Shown: positions 31,255-43,400 of the stretch, piece after piece
Position numbering within the stretch: position 1 is the first letter of the stretch
Layout of the letters: every line of letters begins with the position of its first letter
Source of the DNA: Octopus bimaculoides
Taxonomy: Eukaryota
Length of the DNA stretch: 63,460 nt
Reading direction: 5' to 3'
NCBI RefSeq assembly: GCF_001194135.2
Contig: NC_068994.1
Span: 5,890,944 to 5,954,403 of the forward strand
The notes under the pieces: generated by a model
Seen by the model: only the letters and a program-made list of their open reading frames with translations
What the model was told of the DNA's origin: nothing
Databases searched by the model: none
Position numbers and translations under genes: made by a program

Positions 31255-31440
31255 GTACAAGTCCTGAAATTTGGAGATGGAGGAGACTAGTCGATTAGAT
31301 AGATCCTAATACTGGTACTTATTTAATTGACTCCGAAAAGTCAAAGTCGACTTCGGTGGAATTTGAACTCAGAATGTAAGGCCACAAGAAATGTCGCTTA
31401 GCATTTTGTCCGCCGCGCTAACGATTGTCAGCTAACCGCC
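31255..31440 (-). mobile_element. Family D SINE
   Basis: GGTACTTATTT...GTCGACTTCGGTGGAATTTGAACTCAGAATG...GCTAACG. Confidence 0.8.
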
Positions 31441-31701
31441 TTAATACTGGAGAAGAAAGAATCGGCTGCTCCTTGCTACCAAACTTGTGGCTTTCTGCTT
31501 TTGTAAAAAAATCAATATGGAATATAAACAGGCAACCGAAAACGAGTTGTAAACTCCCATCCTTCGACTCTACAAGGTTCATGATAAAGTAATTTCTTAG
31601 ACACAAGTTTTCCGGTTTATGAGAAGGAAAAGGGGAAAAGACTCGTGACTTTCGTAACTGATTTTAACATGCGTCTTTTTGTTGACATTCTATGGCAATT
31701 C

Positions 31702-31715
31702 GTTGCTATGGAAAT
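31702..31715. promoter_or_regulatory. X-box (RFX-site)-like motif upstream of SFI1
   Basis: GTTGCTATGGAAAT, one mismatch to GTHNYYATRRNAAC, with an adjacent half site TATGGCAAT. Confidence 0.45.
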
Positions 31716-31891
31716 TGTCACTCGATTATCTCCCTTAGATTTAGTTAAACACTTATGAAAAAGAACTCTTCGCTGTTTGGAAACACTAAATTACTTTGAC
31801 GCGCTTTACTTGATATTGTGATTGTTTATTTATTTATCATACAGAGAATTTTCAACTAATTCAACTTCATGGATACTTACCATCCTTAATT

Positions 31892-32409
31892 ATGGCTTCA
31901 CAACATCTAATTGGATCACTGGATAACCAAGATGGTGCTCAGTTGGTCTCCAGACATCTAGCTTTTAGTGGTAATGTTTGTAAAACAATGCCGACGAACG
32001 TAGACGTTAACCAGCAGAATGCGTCGTCGGAAAACATTAACGACGAAAGACCAACCGAGTCCCCAAATAACACCAACACTTCAGGCGATGCTTGTCTACA
32101 GCCTAGCGGTTCCGTTCCTCTCGCTGCTGTCGGTATAGCATGTAATGTAGTCCCCAGTAAATTGATGTTGGACAGACATGTAGCTGGAGGAGATCCACCG
32201 TCTATTCACGTCCGCTACACCCGCTCTTCGGCGAGGACCACTTTTGATGTAACAGAGACGAATGTATTAGGCAATGTTGCTCACGTATCATCTATTCGTA
32301 GAGAACTGCACAGCAGTGTTGAAGATGCCTCACATTTAGGAAACCAGTCGTGTGTCGGGTCCAGAAAATTCATTTCCAGTTTTGATATAAAAAGAGTTAC
32401 TAAGAACAG
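31892..32409 (+). CDS. SFI1: SFI1 coding exon 1
   Basis: Open 172 codons MASQHLIG...KRVTKN; acceptor at 31844, donor AG|gtatga; low-complexity sequence with no recognised homology. Confidence 0.7.
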
Positions 32410-35400
32410 GTATGACATTAACCACTGGACTTGGAAACATTAAGGTTTAGTACCCATAAATTAATTCCTCAAATAATAATATCCCAAATAAGACGATGCT
32501 GGAGAATAGCGTACCAAAGTATGATATAAAAATGAATTAGTTACGCACATATGCATGTATACGTACGTACATGCATAGGATATTTTTAATGTAAGAGCAT
32601 ATATATATAAGTGTGTATGTAGAAATGGTTAAAGGCTATGCGAACAAATGGTACTTTAGAAGAGCTATTTGATAGCTGCATCAAAGAATTTAAGTGAAGA
32701 TCTAACGATGACACTTAAGTATGATGGTAGACGAGCTTTTAAAAAATTCTTATTACTGCTATACGTGAACAATATGTTCGTATTTATTTCACCGACTCGC
32801 TAGTCTAAAATTAAAAACACAAGCTTTGTTCCTTATTATAATATACAACTACCTTGTTTTAATATCAAATATATTTAACTTATTTTTTGTATTTATTTTT
32901 ATGATATTGTCAGAAGTAGAAAGGCAGCACCAATGATCTTTTTACAGGGTCTCCAAGATTGAAGGGAAATGCCTTCAGAACTGGAGACCCAGCATGGAAA
33001 ATTGTAATAGATTATGCTCCACCAAAATACCCAAGGGGTAGTTGCTGATGTTAAACTAGGCGCCAGGTTTGATCTATGATCCAAAAACATGAGTAGTCTC
33101 TATAATAGACAGCTTTGATCGACTGAGGCCATAGTAAAAAACACTTTTCTAAGGTGCCATTAGGTGGGCTTGAACTCAGAATATCATATAATTACAAAGC
33201 AAATGTCTTTACTAAATAGCCATGATCATGTTGAATTTGGTAATCTAATCTCTAAAATCTCCCCAGAATATTTACTTGTGTTGCCAAATGTCAGACCAGG
33301 TCAGATGCAGCAGCATGTGTTATTGCAATGCATCACTTGCAACCACCATTGTCGGTATCAGCTCAGGTCATCTCAGGCAACGCTCTGAGCAGTGTCTCAA
33401 TCAGTTCCCATCGCCACAAAATACTTCCTCATCCACCATGACTGTGAGACATGTGGCCGACCAACATAAGGATCCTCAAAGAAGAGAAACATGGTATGCA
33501 GGATCCAACTCGGAATATCAAGTAACATGACCAAACAGCCTAAGCTGGTGTTCTGAAATCATACTATTAAATTAAATGTCTTAAATTAAATGTCTTCACC
33601 TTATTTATTACAAATATTGCTCTTCAGCCTGGATCTTTGGCAACCCAAACAGCAACCCTAAACCTTAGTGTTCATTTTCGTAGCAAATAAAATCTCAAGT
33701 TTTAAGGGTGGGGGAAACTGAACTACTCAGTCCAGACCTGATGAAGGAGTCTCTGGTTATTCAACTTAAGTAACATAGCAGCTAAAACTCTTTGAAAAAA
33801 GGCAGAAGGATGCATTCAATGAGGTAGTCCCCTAAAAAACTTATTGGGAAAAGTGGATTCTACATAGAGACCACGTTTGAATGTCATCATGGGGAGTGCT
33901 TTTGGTCATAGATATATATGTTTGTGTGTCTGTGTTTGTCCCCACAACATCGCTTGACAACTGATGGTGGTGTGTTTACATCCCCATAACTTAGCGGTTC
34001 GGCAAAAGAGACCGATAGAATAAGTACTAGGCTTCCAAAGAATAAGTCCTGGGGTCGATTTGCTCGACTAAAGGCGGTGCTTCAGCATGGCCACGGTCAA
34101 ATGACTGAAACGAGTAAAAGAGTAATGTTACATTATACGTTTATAAATGTCATGTTTAAGTATCAGAAATATAAGAAATAACCACGTTGAAGCAGAAAGT
34201 ATCCATATTGTTCATTGCAGAACCAAGGGCCACACATCAAGAGCATGTCAGCCAAGACCTTCCTCAAAGACTTCTCGTGTAAATATTGCTAATTACCGTC
34301 CAGGATACACGTGGAACAAGGGTGGTCGTCTCAAGGAAATACGAATCAGGTAACTCCTTTGTATTGTTTTGTTTCCATGGGTTTCATTTGTTGCAGTTAC
34401 TTAGCTCAATAGTTTCATGTCATGTTTTAATACTTGACATAACAAGATCTAATCTAGTTCAGAACCTCACTGCACATTCTCTCATGTAGTTATTTGCTTG
34501 TAGGTCATTCAACCCGTTAGAAATAACAGCCAAATACCCCTCAAGTTACAACCATCTCTGTTTTCAAAATTGATACATTAGTTCAGTGGCTCTCAACTGT
34601 TTTTTTTTACTTATGGACCCCTTTAATTTTCATTTTACTTCAGGGACCCTCAGCCAATTGATGTTTAAAAAAATCTTATTATATTTTCATTATTAAATAT
34701 TATTAGGAATTGTATTAAAAAAAATTGTGAAAATATTTTGTGCATTGTAGAAGTTTAGGCAATTTATTGCTTATAAATTTGAACAGCAAAATCTTATATG
34801 GACCACTGCTGTAGATAGTTTTTGTTTGAAGGACATTATGCTTGAAAACATGTTGTGATGGTCATGGTTGTAATGCATTTGAAACAGCACAGCATTGACA
34901 AGATTCAGCAAAGTGAAACACATTTGTCATTCTTACGAGTCACCGTAGCACTCCAGATCAGATTGGAGCCTGGTGCAGCCACTGACTCTCCAGACCTCAG
35001 TCAAACCGTCCAACCCATGCCAGCATGGAAAACGGACGTTAAACGATGATAATGATGATGATGACAGATGGTGATTTATTATCTAATAAATATATATTAT
35101 TCCTTCTTTTACAGAACTGTGGCCCGCAAGTATTATAGAAAATGGATGGTTGCTGTGTTTGGTTCGCTGAGCCCTGCATTTGCCAGGTTTGATGCGATTT
35201 ATAACATTACAGAACAGTTTTAATTATCAGCTGTTGAGTGTTGTGGAGATGAGATGGTGTTATCAATTTAGGGTACCGTGGAGCTTAGGTGATATGGAAA
35301 TAGGGTACTGTAGTGCAGTAGAGCTGGTGAATGATATGAATTTGTTTGTGGAGTTGTTGAGTGATATGGAGCTATGGTGTTGAAGAGCCAATGTATTCAT

Positions 35401-36142
35401 GGTGTTGTAGATCTGGGGTGTTATGAAGATAGGACACTGAGGTACTATGGAGTAATGGTACCATGGGGATAGGGCACTATGGAGCTGGGGTAAGGTAGAG
35501 CTGTCGGATGTCATGGATCTACAGAGATGAGAAGTTGGGGTGTTGTGGTACTATGATACTATGGTACTGTGGTGTTATGGAGCTGGGGAACTGTGGTACT
35601 GTGGAGTTGGGGTGATATAAAGCTAGGATACTAAGGTACTGTAGAGCCGGAATGATAAGCTGGGGTGATACTGTGAATCATGTGGAGGTGTTAGGTAATA
35701 CAAAATGGGGACTATTTGTGATACAGGGCTGTTGGATATTGCAGAAACCTCTGAGCTGATTTTTATTGTTTCTTTTTCGCTGTTTATAATTTCATCCAAA
35801 TGATAACTGTTTTAAATTACCTTGGGAGCCTGTACTTACTACACATCATCCTGTAAATAGTAGACAAACCCTCCCCACAAACCATTCCCTACTTAACAGC
35901 AACCTATATGTACAGTTAAATGGCTGGCCTATGAGGCTGCTGCTTCAGTTCCAATAAGCAGCTTCACATCAAGTCACTTCCTAAACATGCACCCCTGAAA
36001 TATAACACACACACACACACAATACAATACAAATAGTAACAAGTTGTGTGGTAATGAGTTTGTTTCTCAACTGCATGGTTCCATGTTCAATCAAACTGCA
36101 TGGCACCTTCGGCAAACATATATACATACATACATATATATA

Positions 36143-36180
<38 letters not shown>

Positions 36181-36437
36181 GGTATGTATGTATGTATATG
36201 TATTTATATCTGTGTCTGTGTGTGTCTCACACCACCGCGTGACAACCAGTGTTGGTACGTTTACATTCCTGTAACTTAGTGGTTTGGCAAAAGAGACTGG
36301 TAGAATAAGTACTCTCAGTACCAAGCTTTAAAAAAATAAGTACTGGAGTCAATTTTTTCGACTAAAATTCTTCATATCAGTGCCCCAGCATGGCCACAGT
36401 CTAATGACTGAAATAAGCAAAAGATAAAAGATACATA

Positions 36438-36469
<32 letters not shown>

Positions 36470-38838
36470 CATATATATATGTGTGTGTGTGTNNNNNNNN
36501 NNACGATGATGATGATGATGATGATGTGTGTGTGTATATATATATATATATTTTCAGTAGCTTTATTAGGTTTTATGTCTCTCCCTTTTTTTGTTATTTT
36601 CAGGGCCCATTGGCGTCGATGTATTTTACGTAAAACGTTCTCAGTATGGTATGACATCTGGTGGGTTCAGCGAAAAGAATGGCGGATGAATATAAGGGCA
36701 ATTTGTCTGTTGCAGTAAGTAAAGAATATATTTGGGTTGTTTGGTATGTAGTCGTTTATGAACATGAAGTGGTTTGACTTTGTCTCCAATAATTCTGTGA
36801 TGGAAAGAGCGAATGGCCAGAGCATCGAATCCCTAATTATCAGACAACATCTTCGAGGGGCTGGTTATATCACCAAGATGAATGATGAATGGCTTCTTTG
36901 TGAAAATCCCCTTCAGTGAACTGGCAGGAGCTCCTCTTCGATACTACTAAGATTGGTTAATATTGATTTTTGGTTAATACTGATTTTAAAACACATTTAA
37001 CAAATTTCTGTTGGTCCAACCAAGAATGTTAATTTACTCGGAATTATTGCAGCCACAAAATTCCTTTTATGGAAATATGAGAGAAAGTGAAATAGCCTAT
37101 GACAAGGATGTATAACTGAGGTATTCAACTAGTTTAATTGTCTGAGGTTCTAGAGAGATAAGGAAGAGAAAACTGTGAATATGAATGTCTGAGAGGCCTC
37201 TCCTGCCACACACACAAAAAAAAAAATTGAAATAGAAATAAAAGAAAAATATCAGCCCTCAACATCACCACCTTGAGGCCCCCAGGAAGCAGTCAATATT
37301 CCACTTTGTAAGATTTCTCTCTGAGGTTCTGCTGATATATAACCATCTGTGAGTAAGGTTAATATCTATAATGAATTTGCCATTTCTGATGGATGGACAG
37401 TGCAGACCTGGCAAACCCAGAATATAGGCCCCTGGTATAGAACTGTAGCACAGTGTAGTATGTAATACTCTATGGTAGAGTGTTATGTAGCATATAGTAC
37501 TGTGTGGTGTATGGTATATAGTGCTCAGTACTACACAGTTGTGTGGTGTATGATAGTGTAGTACCTAGTGTTGTGTGGTATTTGTGGGTTACAATCCTGC
37601 TTACCCTGCTACTAATTTTCACATTTGTCTTCATTATTATCAATGTTAAAGCCAAAGAATTATAATGGTGGTGGTGGTGGTGCGGTGATATTCCATCCAT
37701 TGAACACCTTTACTCCTCCTTATACTTAGACATTACTCGTTGTTTCGCAGATATCAGCAGCGCACCAAAGTCCTACACAGGTGGAAGCAGTTTGTCCTAC
37801 TGTCTAAAGAGAAGAGATCCAAGTCGGCGTTGGCCTCCTTTCATCGTAAGTTCAGGTGGGAGTCAATCCTCCTTCCACCTTTCTTTTCTTCTTATCCCCT
37901 CTTCTTTCTGCTGCCACCTCCCTCCTTCTCCTTTTCCCTCCCTCCTCCTCCTTCCCCTGTAACTTAGCAGTTAAGCAAAAGAGACAGATAGAATAAATAC
38001 CCAGCTTAATAAAGAAGAAATAAGTACCAGGGTTGATTCATTTGACTAAGATTCTTCAAGGGGTGCTCCAGCATGGCCACAGTCTGAGGACTGCAACAAG
38101 TGAAAGATCATCATCATCATCATCGTTTAACGTCCGCTTTCCATGCTGGCATGGGTTGGACGATTTGACTGAGGGCTGGTGAAACCAGAAGGCTACACCT
38201 GGCTCCAATCTGATTTGGCAGAGTTTCTACAGCTGGATGCCCTTCCTAACGCCAACCACTCCGAGAGTGTAGTGGGTGCTTTTATGTGCCACCTGCATGA
38301 AGGCCAGTGAGGCGGTACTGGCAACGGCCACACTCAAAATGGTGTATTTTACATGCCACCTGCACAGGAGCCAGTCCAGCGGCACCGGCAACGATCTCAC
38401 TTGAATGTCTTACACGTGCCACCGGTACAAGTGCCAGGAAGGCGACGCTGGGCACAACCTTTACCTGTCCAGCCAAATTTTGTGTAGTTCTGTGTATTTA
38501 TGGAACATTCTAAGTTAGTTCCATGCAATCAAGTCAACTGTGAGAGACACACCATTCCAGTATTCGTAATAAAGCCTTCACCAAAATGTTTGCTCTAAAT
38601 ACAGATTCCAGATATTTGAAGCAGAGAAGTTTAACCCTGTGGCAACACTACTTAACAAGACGACACAGTAAGAACCAGATGTCATTGCTTGCCAAGGATT
38701 TCCACACTCGTAAACTATTCAGGTATGGCACTTCTAAATCTTCATATACCGTAAATCCTCGAGTATAATCTGCATTTTTTTACCAAAAATCTAAAGGTCA
38801 AAATCCCTAGTGCGTAGGTTTGCACTCTCTGAGTGCTC

Positions 38839-38881
<43 letters not shown>

Positions 38882-40403
38882 AAGCTGAACACTCACATGT
38901 CGTCTTCGATGGGAGAGTCCATCGTCATTATTAGTATTGTTGTTATTATTGTATACAATTTTGACATATTGTTATATTTGCAGGCGTTGTTGGTCCCAGT
39001 GGCTTCGAGAGACAGACAGAGCAGCCATCCGGAAAGAGCAAGAAAGAATAGCCACATCACTGCATCACTCGCACATCCTGATGACTGTATGTGTAGCCTT
39101 TGTTTTTATCGTATCTTTTGTAGATGCTAACACTGGAAGGGACGAGGGTGGGAGATTGGGGTCATGATGATGTAGATTTGACTGGGATTGGGGTCAGACA
39201 CACTGGGGTTTGGGATGATTAGGAAGATGAGCTCCTTTCCTGCTCTACAAGAGATCGTGTGTGTGTGTGGCTTAATGGTTAGGGTATTCGGCTACCAATC
39301 ACAAGACCATGGGTTCCATTTCCAGTGGTGCTTTGTGCCCTTAAGCAAGACACTTTATTTCACATTGCTCCAGTTCACTCAACTGATAAAACTAAGTTGT
39401 ACCTGCATATCAAAGGGGCCAGCCTTGTTACATTCCGTGTCACGCCGAATCTCCCTGAGAACTACATTAAGGGTACATGTGTCTGTGGAGTACTCAGCCA
39501 CTTGCATGTTAATTTCATGAGCAGGCTGCTTTCTTTGATTCGATCAACTGGAACACTTGTCGTCATAACCAACAGAGTGTCAGTAAGCGTGAGTGAGTCC
39601 ATATTCATGTATCTAAGTATGTGTATATTTGTGTGTTTGCATGTATGTCTATGGGTGTATATGTCTGAATAACACTCACACATGCATATGTAATGTTTAT
39701 AAAATCTCTTATGGCAGGCTTGGAAGATCTGGTGCCGAGCCAATGAAGACATAAAAGCACAGATGCAGCTCTCTGAGAAAGCCTTGCAACACAAACATTG
39801 CTTCCTTCTTCGACTGACTTACACCAAATGGATGTCATACATTGCTCTGAGACGTGAGAAAACCTACCAGAAATGTATTTATGACTTCTGCCTTACAAAT
39901 ATTTCATTTTCCACTTTATGATTTTATGATTTTGCAAAAGAGAAATGATATCACAGTATACTGGGTGGCCCAAAAATAGGTTTACAGTTATTCAACTGTC
40001 ACTTTCGCATTCATATATTAACAGTTTAGATCTTAGTTATAAAAAAAAAAAATATGAAACCATTACTCTATGCTAATTTATGTAAATTTTGTCAAGCTCC
40101 CTTTTCAGTTTGTAAAGAACCAGTCTAGTACTGGAATTCATATAATCAAATTACCCACTGTCTCCAATCTCTCAATATGTCTATACTAAAACCAATTCTT
40201 ATGATCAAAAGAAATCAGTGATATTGTTTGTTAAATTCAGGCGTGGCTGCGTGGTAAGAAGCTTGCTTCCCAACCACATGGTTCCGGGTTCAGTCCCACT
40301 GTATGGCACCTTGGGTAAGTGTCTTCTAGTATAGCCTGAGGCTGACCAAAGCCTTGTGAGTGGATTTGGTCGACAGAAACTGAAAGAAGCCTGTCGTATA
40401 TAT

Positions 40404-40451
<48 letters not shown>

Positions 40452-43400
40452 GTATGCATGTATATTTATGTGTCTGTGTTTTTCTCCCCTACTATCACTT
40501 GACAACCGATGTTGGTGTGTAAATGTCCCTGAAACTTAGTGGTTCGGCAAAAGAGACGGATAGAATAAGTACTAGGCTTACAAAGCATAAGTCCTGGGGT
40601 CGATTTCTTCGACTAAATGCAGCGCTCCAGCATGGCTGCAGTCAAATGACTGAAATGTGTAAAAGAGATATCATATCTTCTAATATTTTGGTTTTCAGCT
40701 GTTGCAGATAGATTTTTCAAAGAGAAAATATGCGACCAGAGTTTTCGAGCTTGGACACATCAGCTATGGGCTTGTCGCGCCCTCAAGGCCAACGAGGATT
40801 ACTTGAGAAGCTTACGACAGCGTTCTTCCTTACGGACCATGTGGCTTCACTGGAGAATTTGTATCCTTTTAATCATTGACAACTAAGGTACAGATGTGAC
40901 TGGTAAATGGAAACTGAAAGAAGATCATCATATATGTAAGCTGTCCTCTGTGTGTGTGTGTGTAGCCTTGTCTTGATATCATGTGATAGTTGTAGTAAAC
41001 AAGCATTTCTATCATACAAGCAATGTTTTCCATTTCCAGTCTTCCTTGGAAATCACGTCTGGTCACAGGAAATAAATATTACCCTAACAGGTGAGTGTTG
41101 GCAACAGGAAGGGCATCTGGCCATAGAACACCTGCATCAACTGATTCTGTCTGATTCATGCAAGCATGGAAAAGAGAATTCTAAGTAATGACATCCATGC
41201 CAGTAGTGGTAGCAGCAGTAGTAGTAGTGTTGGGTAGAGGTTTTGATTTTAGATTGCGTTCACACAGAGTTTATACCATAGAACCAGGGACATTCTCAGG
41301 CAGGTTGATATCAAAAGGGTTATTATCTGCTCATTGAAAACTTCTATAGAGTCTTCATCATCATCATCACCATCTAATGTCCATTTTCTATGCTAGCATT
41401 TTGTTAATTGATATTTATAATCTGACTGGTAGTGGGTGTTAAAGCTACTCTGCAGAAAATAGCACTGACGCCAAATATTGAAATCAGAAGCCACACATAA
41501 CATAGTTTTTGAAAGCTACCTGTGGCTCATGAGCTCCAGTTTGGCCACTGTTGACAACAGTGCTCCCTCTTGGATTGTTAATATTCTAGTTGTTGTTCAC
41601 ATTGCTTAACTGTAGATCAAAACTGATTTTGCAAAGCTGTGATCAGAGTTATTCCAGCTATGACCATCCTGTATTTTCTGTGATCAGAACCACATTATCC
41701 AGCATGTCATTTTTTTTTTTCAGACAGTAGGGTGTTATTTGGAGGAGATTTGACTATTTCTAACAATTCAAGTGTCTCTGTTGTAGTCCTCTTGTTGGCT
41801 TCTCAGTATTCAATTAACCGAGGCTGGTCAGTCCCAAACAAATTACTGCATGAAGTATATTGAACTGGTATTGACAAAGACAAATAAATCCTTAATCAAT
41901 TTCTTCAGATATAGAAATGTGTAAACAGAAGAGAAATCAATTTTATGTTGCTGTGAACTATTATAGATTACGTTTACTGGTGAGTTATTAAAAGTTTTGA
42001 TATGTCTACTTGGTCTTTGTCATGCTGTTTCATTTCATTTTCCTTTCTTGAAATATGTGCTCTGTTGGTGGGCACTATGGCTGTGTGGTTAAAAAGTATA
42101 CTTCAAAACCATGTGGTTCTTGAATGGATCCTCTGCCTAACACTTAGTGCAAATGTCTTATACTATAACCACAGGCTGACCAATACCCTACAAGTATAGT
42201 TTAGTCTTCAGTGTCTGTTCAGATCTCTCAGGTGTGTTTGTACCTTCACATCTTGACACCATGTGATTGTTGTAAATGAGTCTCACTGTCATACAAGTGG
42301 TACCATTCATTTCTAATTTCACATGGAAACTTGCCATTTCATGAGGAAATATTTACCTTGCCTGGAAGCAAGTAAGGGTTGGTTCATTTATATATGTATA
42401 TATATCCTAAATACTGAGTTACATTCAATCCACAATGGCCCTGAGAGATAGAAATGTACAAACTACATTGAAAAGTCATAAAGGAGAAATGGTTTTAAAT
42501 CTTTTTTTTTTTTCATCCCACAGAAATATGGAATGGCAGGTTTTTATTTAAACTGGAATCAGAAGAAAAGGTTGCGAACCTTGAGCAATTTGTGTAAGGG
42601 GATCCATAAAAGACAGGTATGTCTTCTTGAGTTTATCTCTGAATGTTAGACTATTACTAGAAGAAGGATAGCATCCATGACCCATTTCAGGATTTCTGAG
42701 ATTCTTTAAAATCAACTGCAAGATCTGCTACCAGGGTTAGTTTAATTGACTGGCCACTGCTCCCAAATTTCTGACCTTATGCTTTTGTCAGATATATCAT
42801 GATTATTATTATTGTTGTTGTTGTTTAAGGCAGCGAGCTAGAATAAGTGTCAGTCTGCATCAGCCCCACCCCAGTTAAGTACTGGGGTTCATATTGACTG
42901 TCTCCCTTCTACCATGCTTGAGACCTTGGGTCCATGTAAGCGACTTTTTATGAGGGCACTAGATTGACAGAACCATTAGAATCTGTACCTTAAACCTCTC
43001 AACTGGCACAAAGCCACACCCCACTCAATACTACTTCCCCCCCCCCCGTCCAGTTGAANNNNNNNNNNACTACTTCCCCCCCCCCCGTCCAGTTGAAGGG
43101 TTTTCGTCTTGCAAGACGCCTGGTTACCCTGCCAGTTCTGGTGCCACATAAAAAGCACCCAGTACACTCTACAAGTGGTTGGCATTAGGAAGGGCATCCA
43201 ACTATAGAAACCAGGCCAAAACAGACAATTGTACCTGGTGCCTCTTCTGTCCTTGTCAGTTCCAATCAAACCATGCATCCCATGCCAGCATGGAAAACAG
43301 ACATCAAATGATGATGATGGTGATAGTGGTGGTGGTGAGACCGTTTGAAACATTATCTTACAACATTTGTTCCAGCTCTTTACATTCCGAGTTCAAATTC

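Noticed and set aside
33738-33765. CTGATGAAGGAG as a hammerhead core (also CTGATGAAGTCC near 3728)
   Set aside because: No closing stem II or GAAA segment follows
39961-39989. CTGGGTGGCCCAAAAATAGGTTTACAGTT, a mariner-like TIR after TA
   Set aside because: No partner TIR or internal sequence found; at most a solo fragment
43031-43097. Direct duplication ACTACTTC(n)GTCCAGTTGAA around a short N gap
   Set aside because: Typical scaffold overlap artefact
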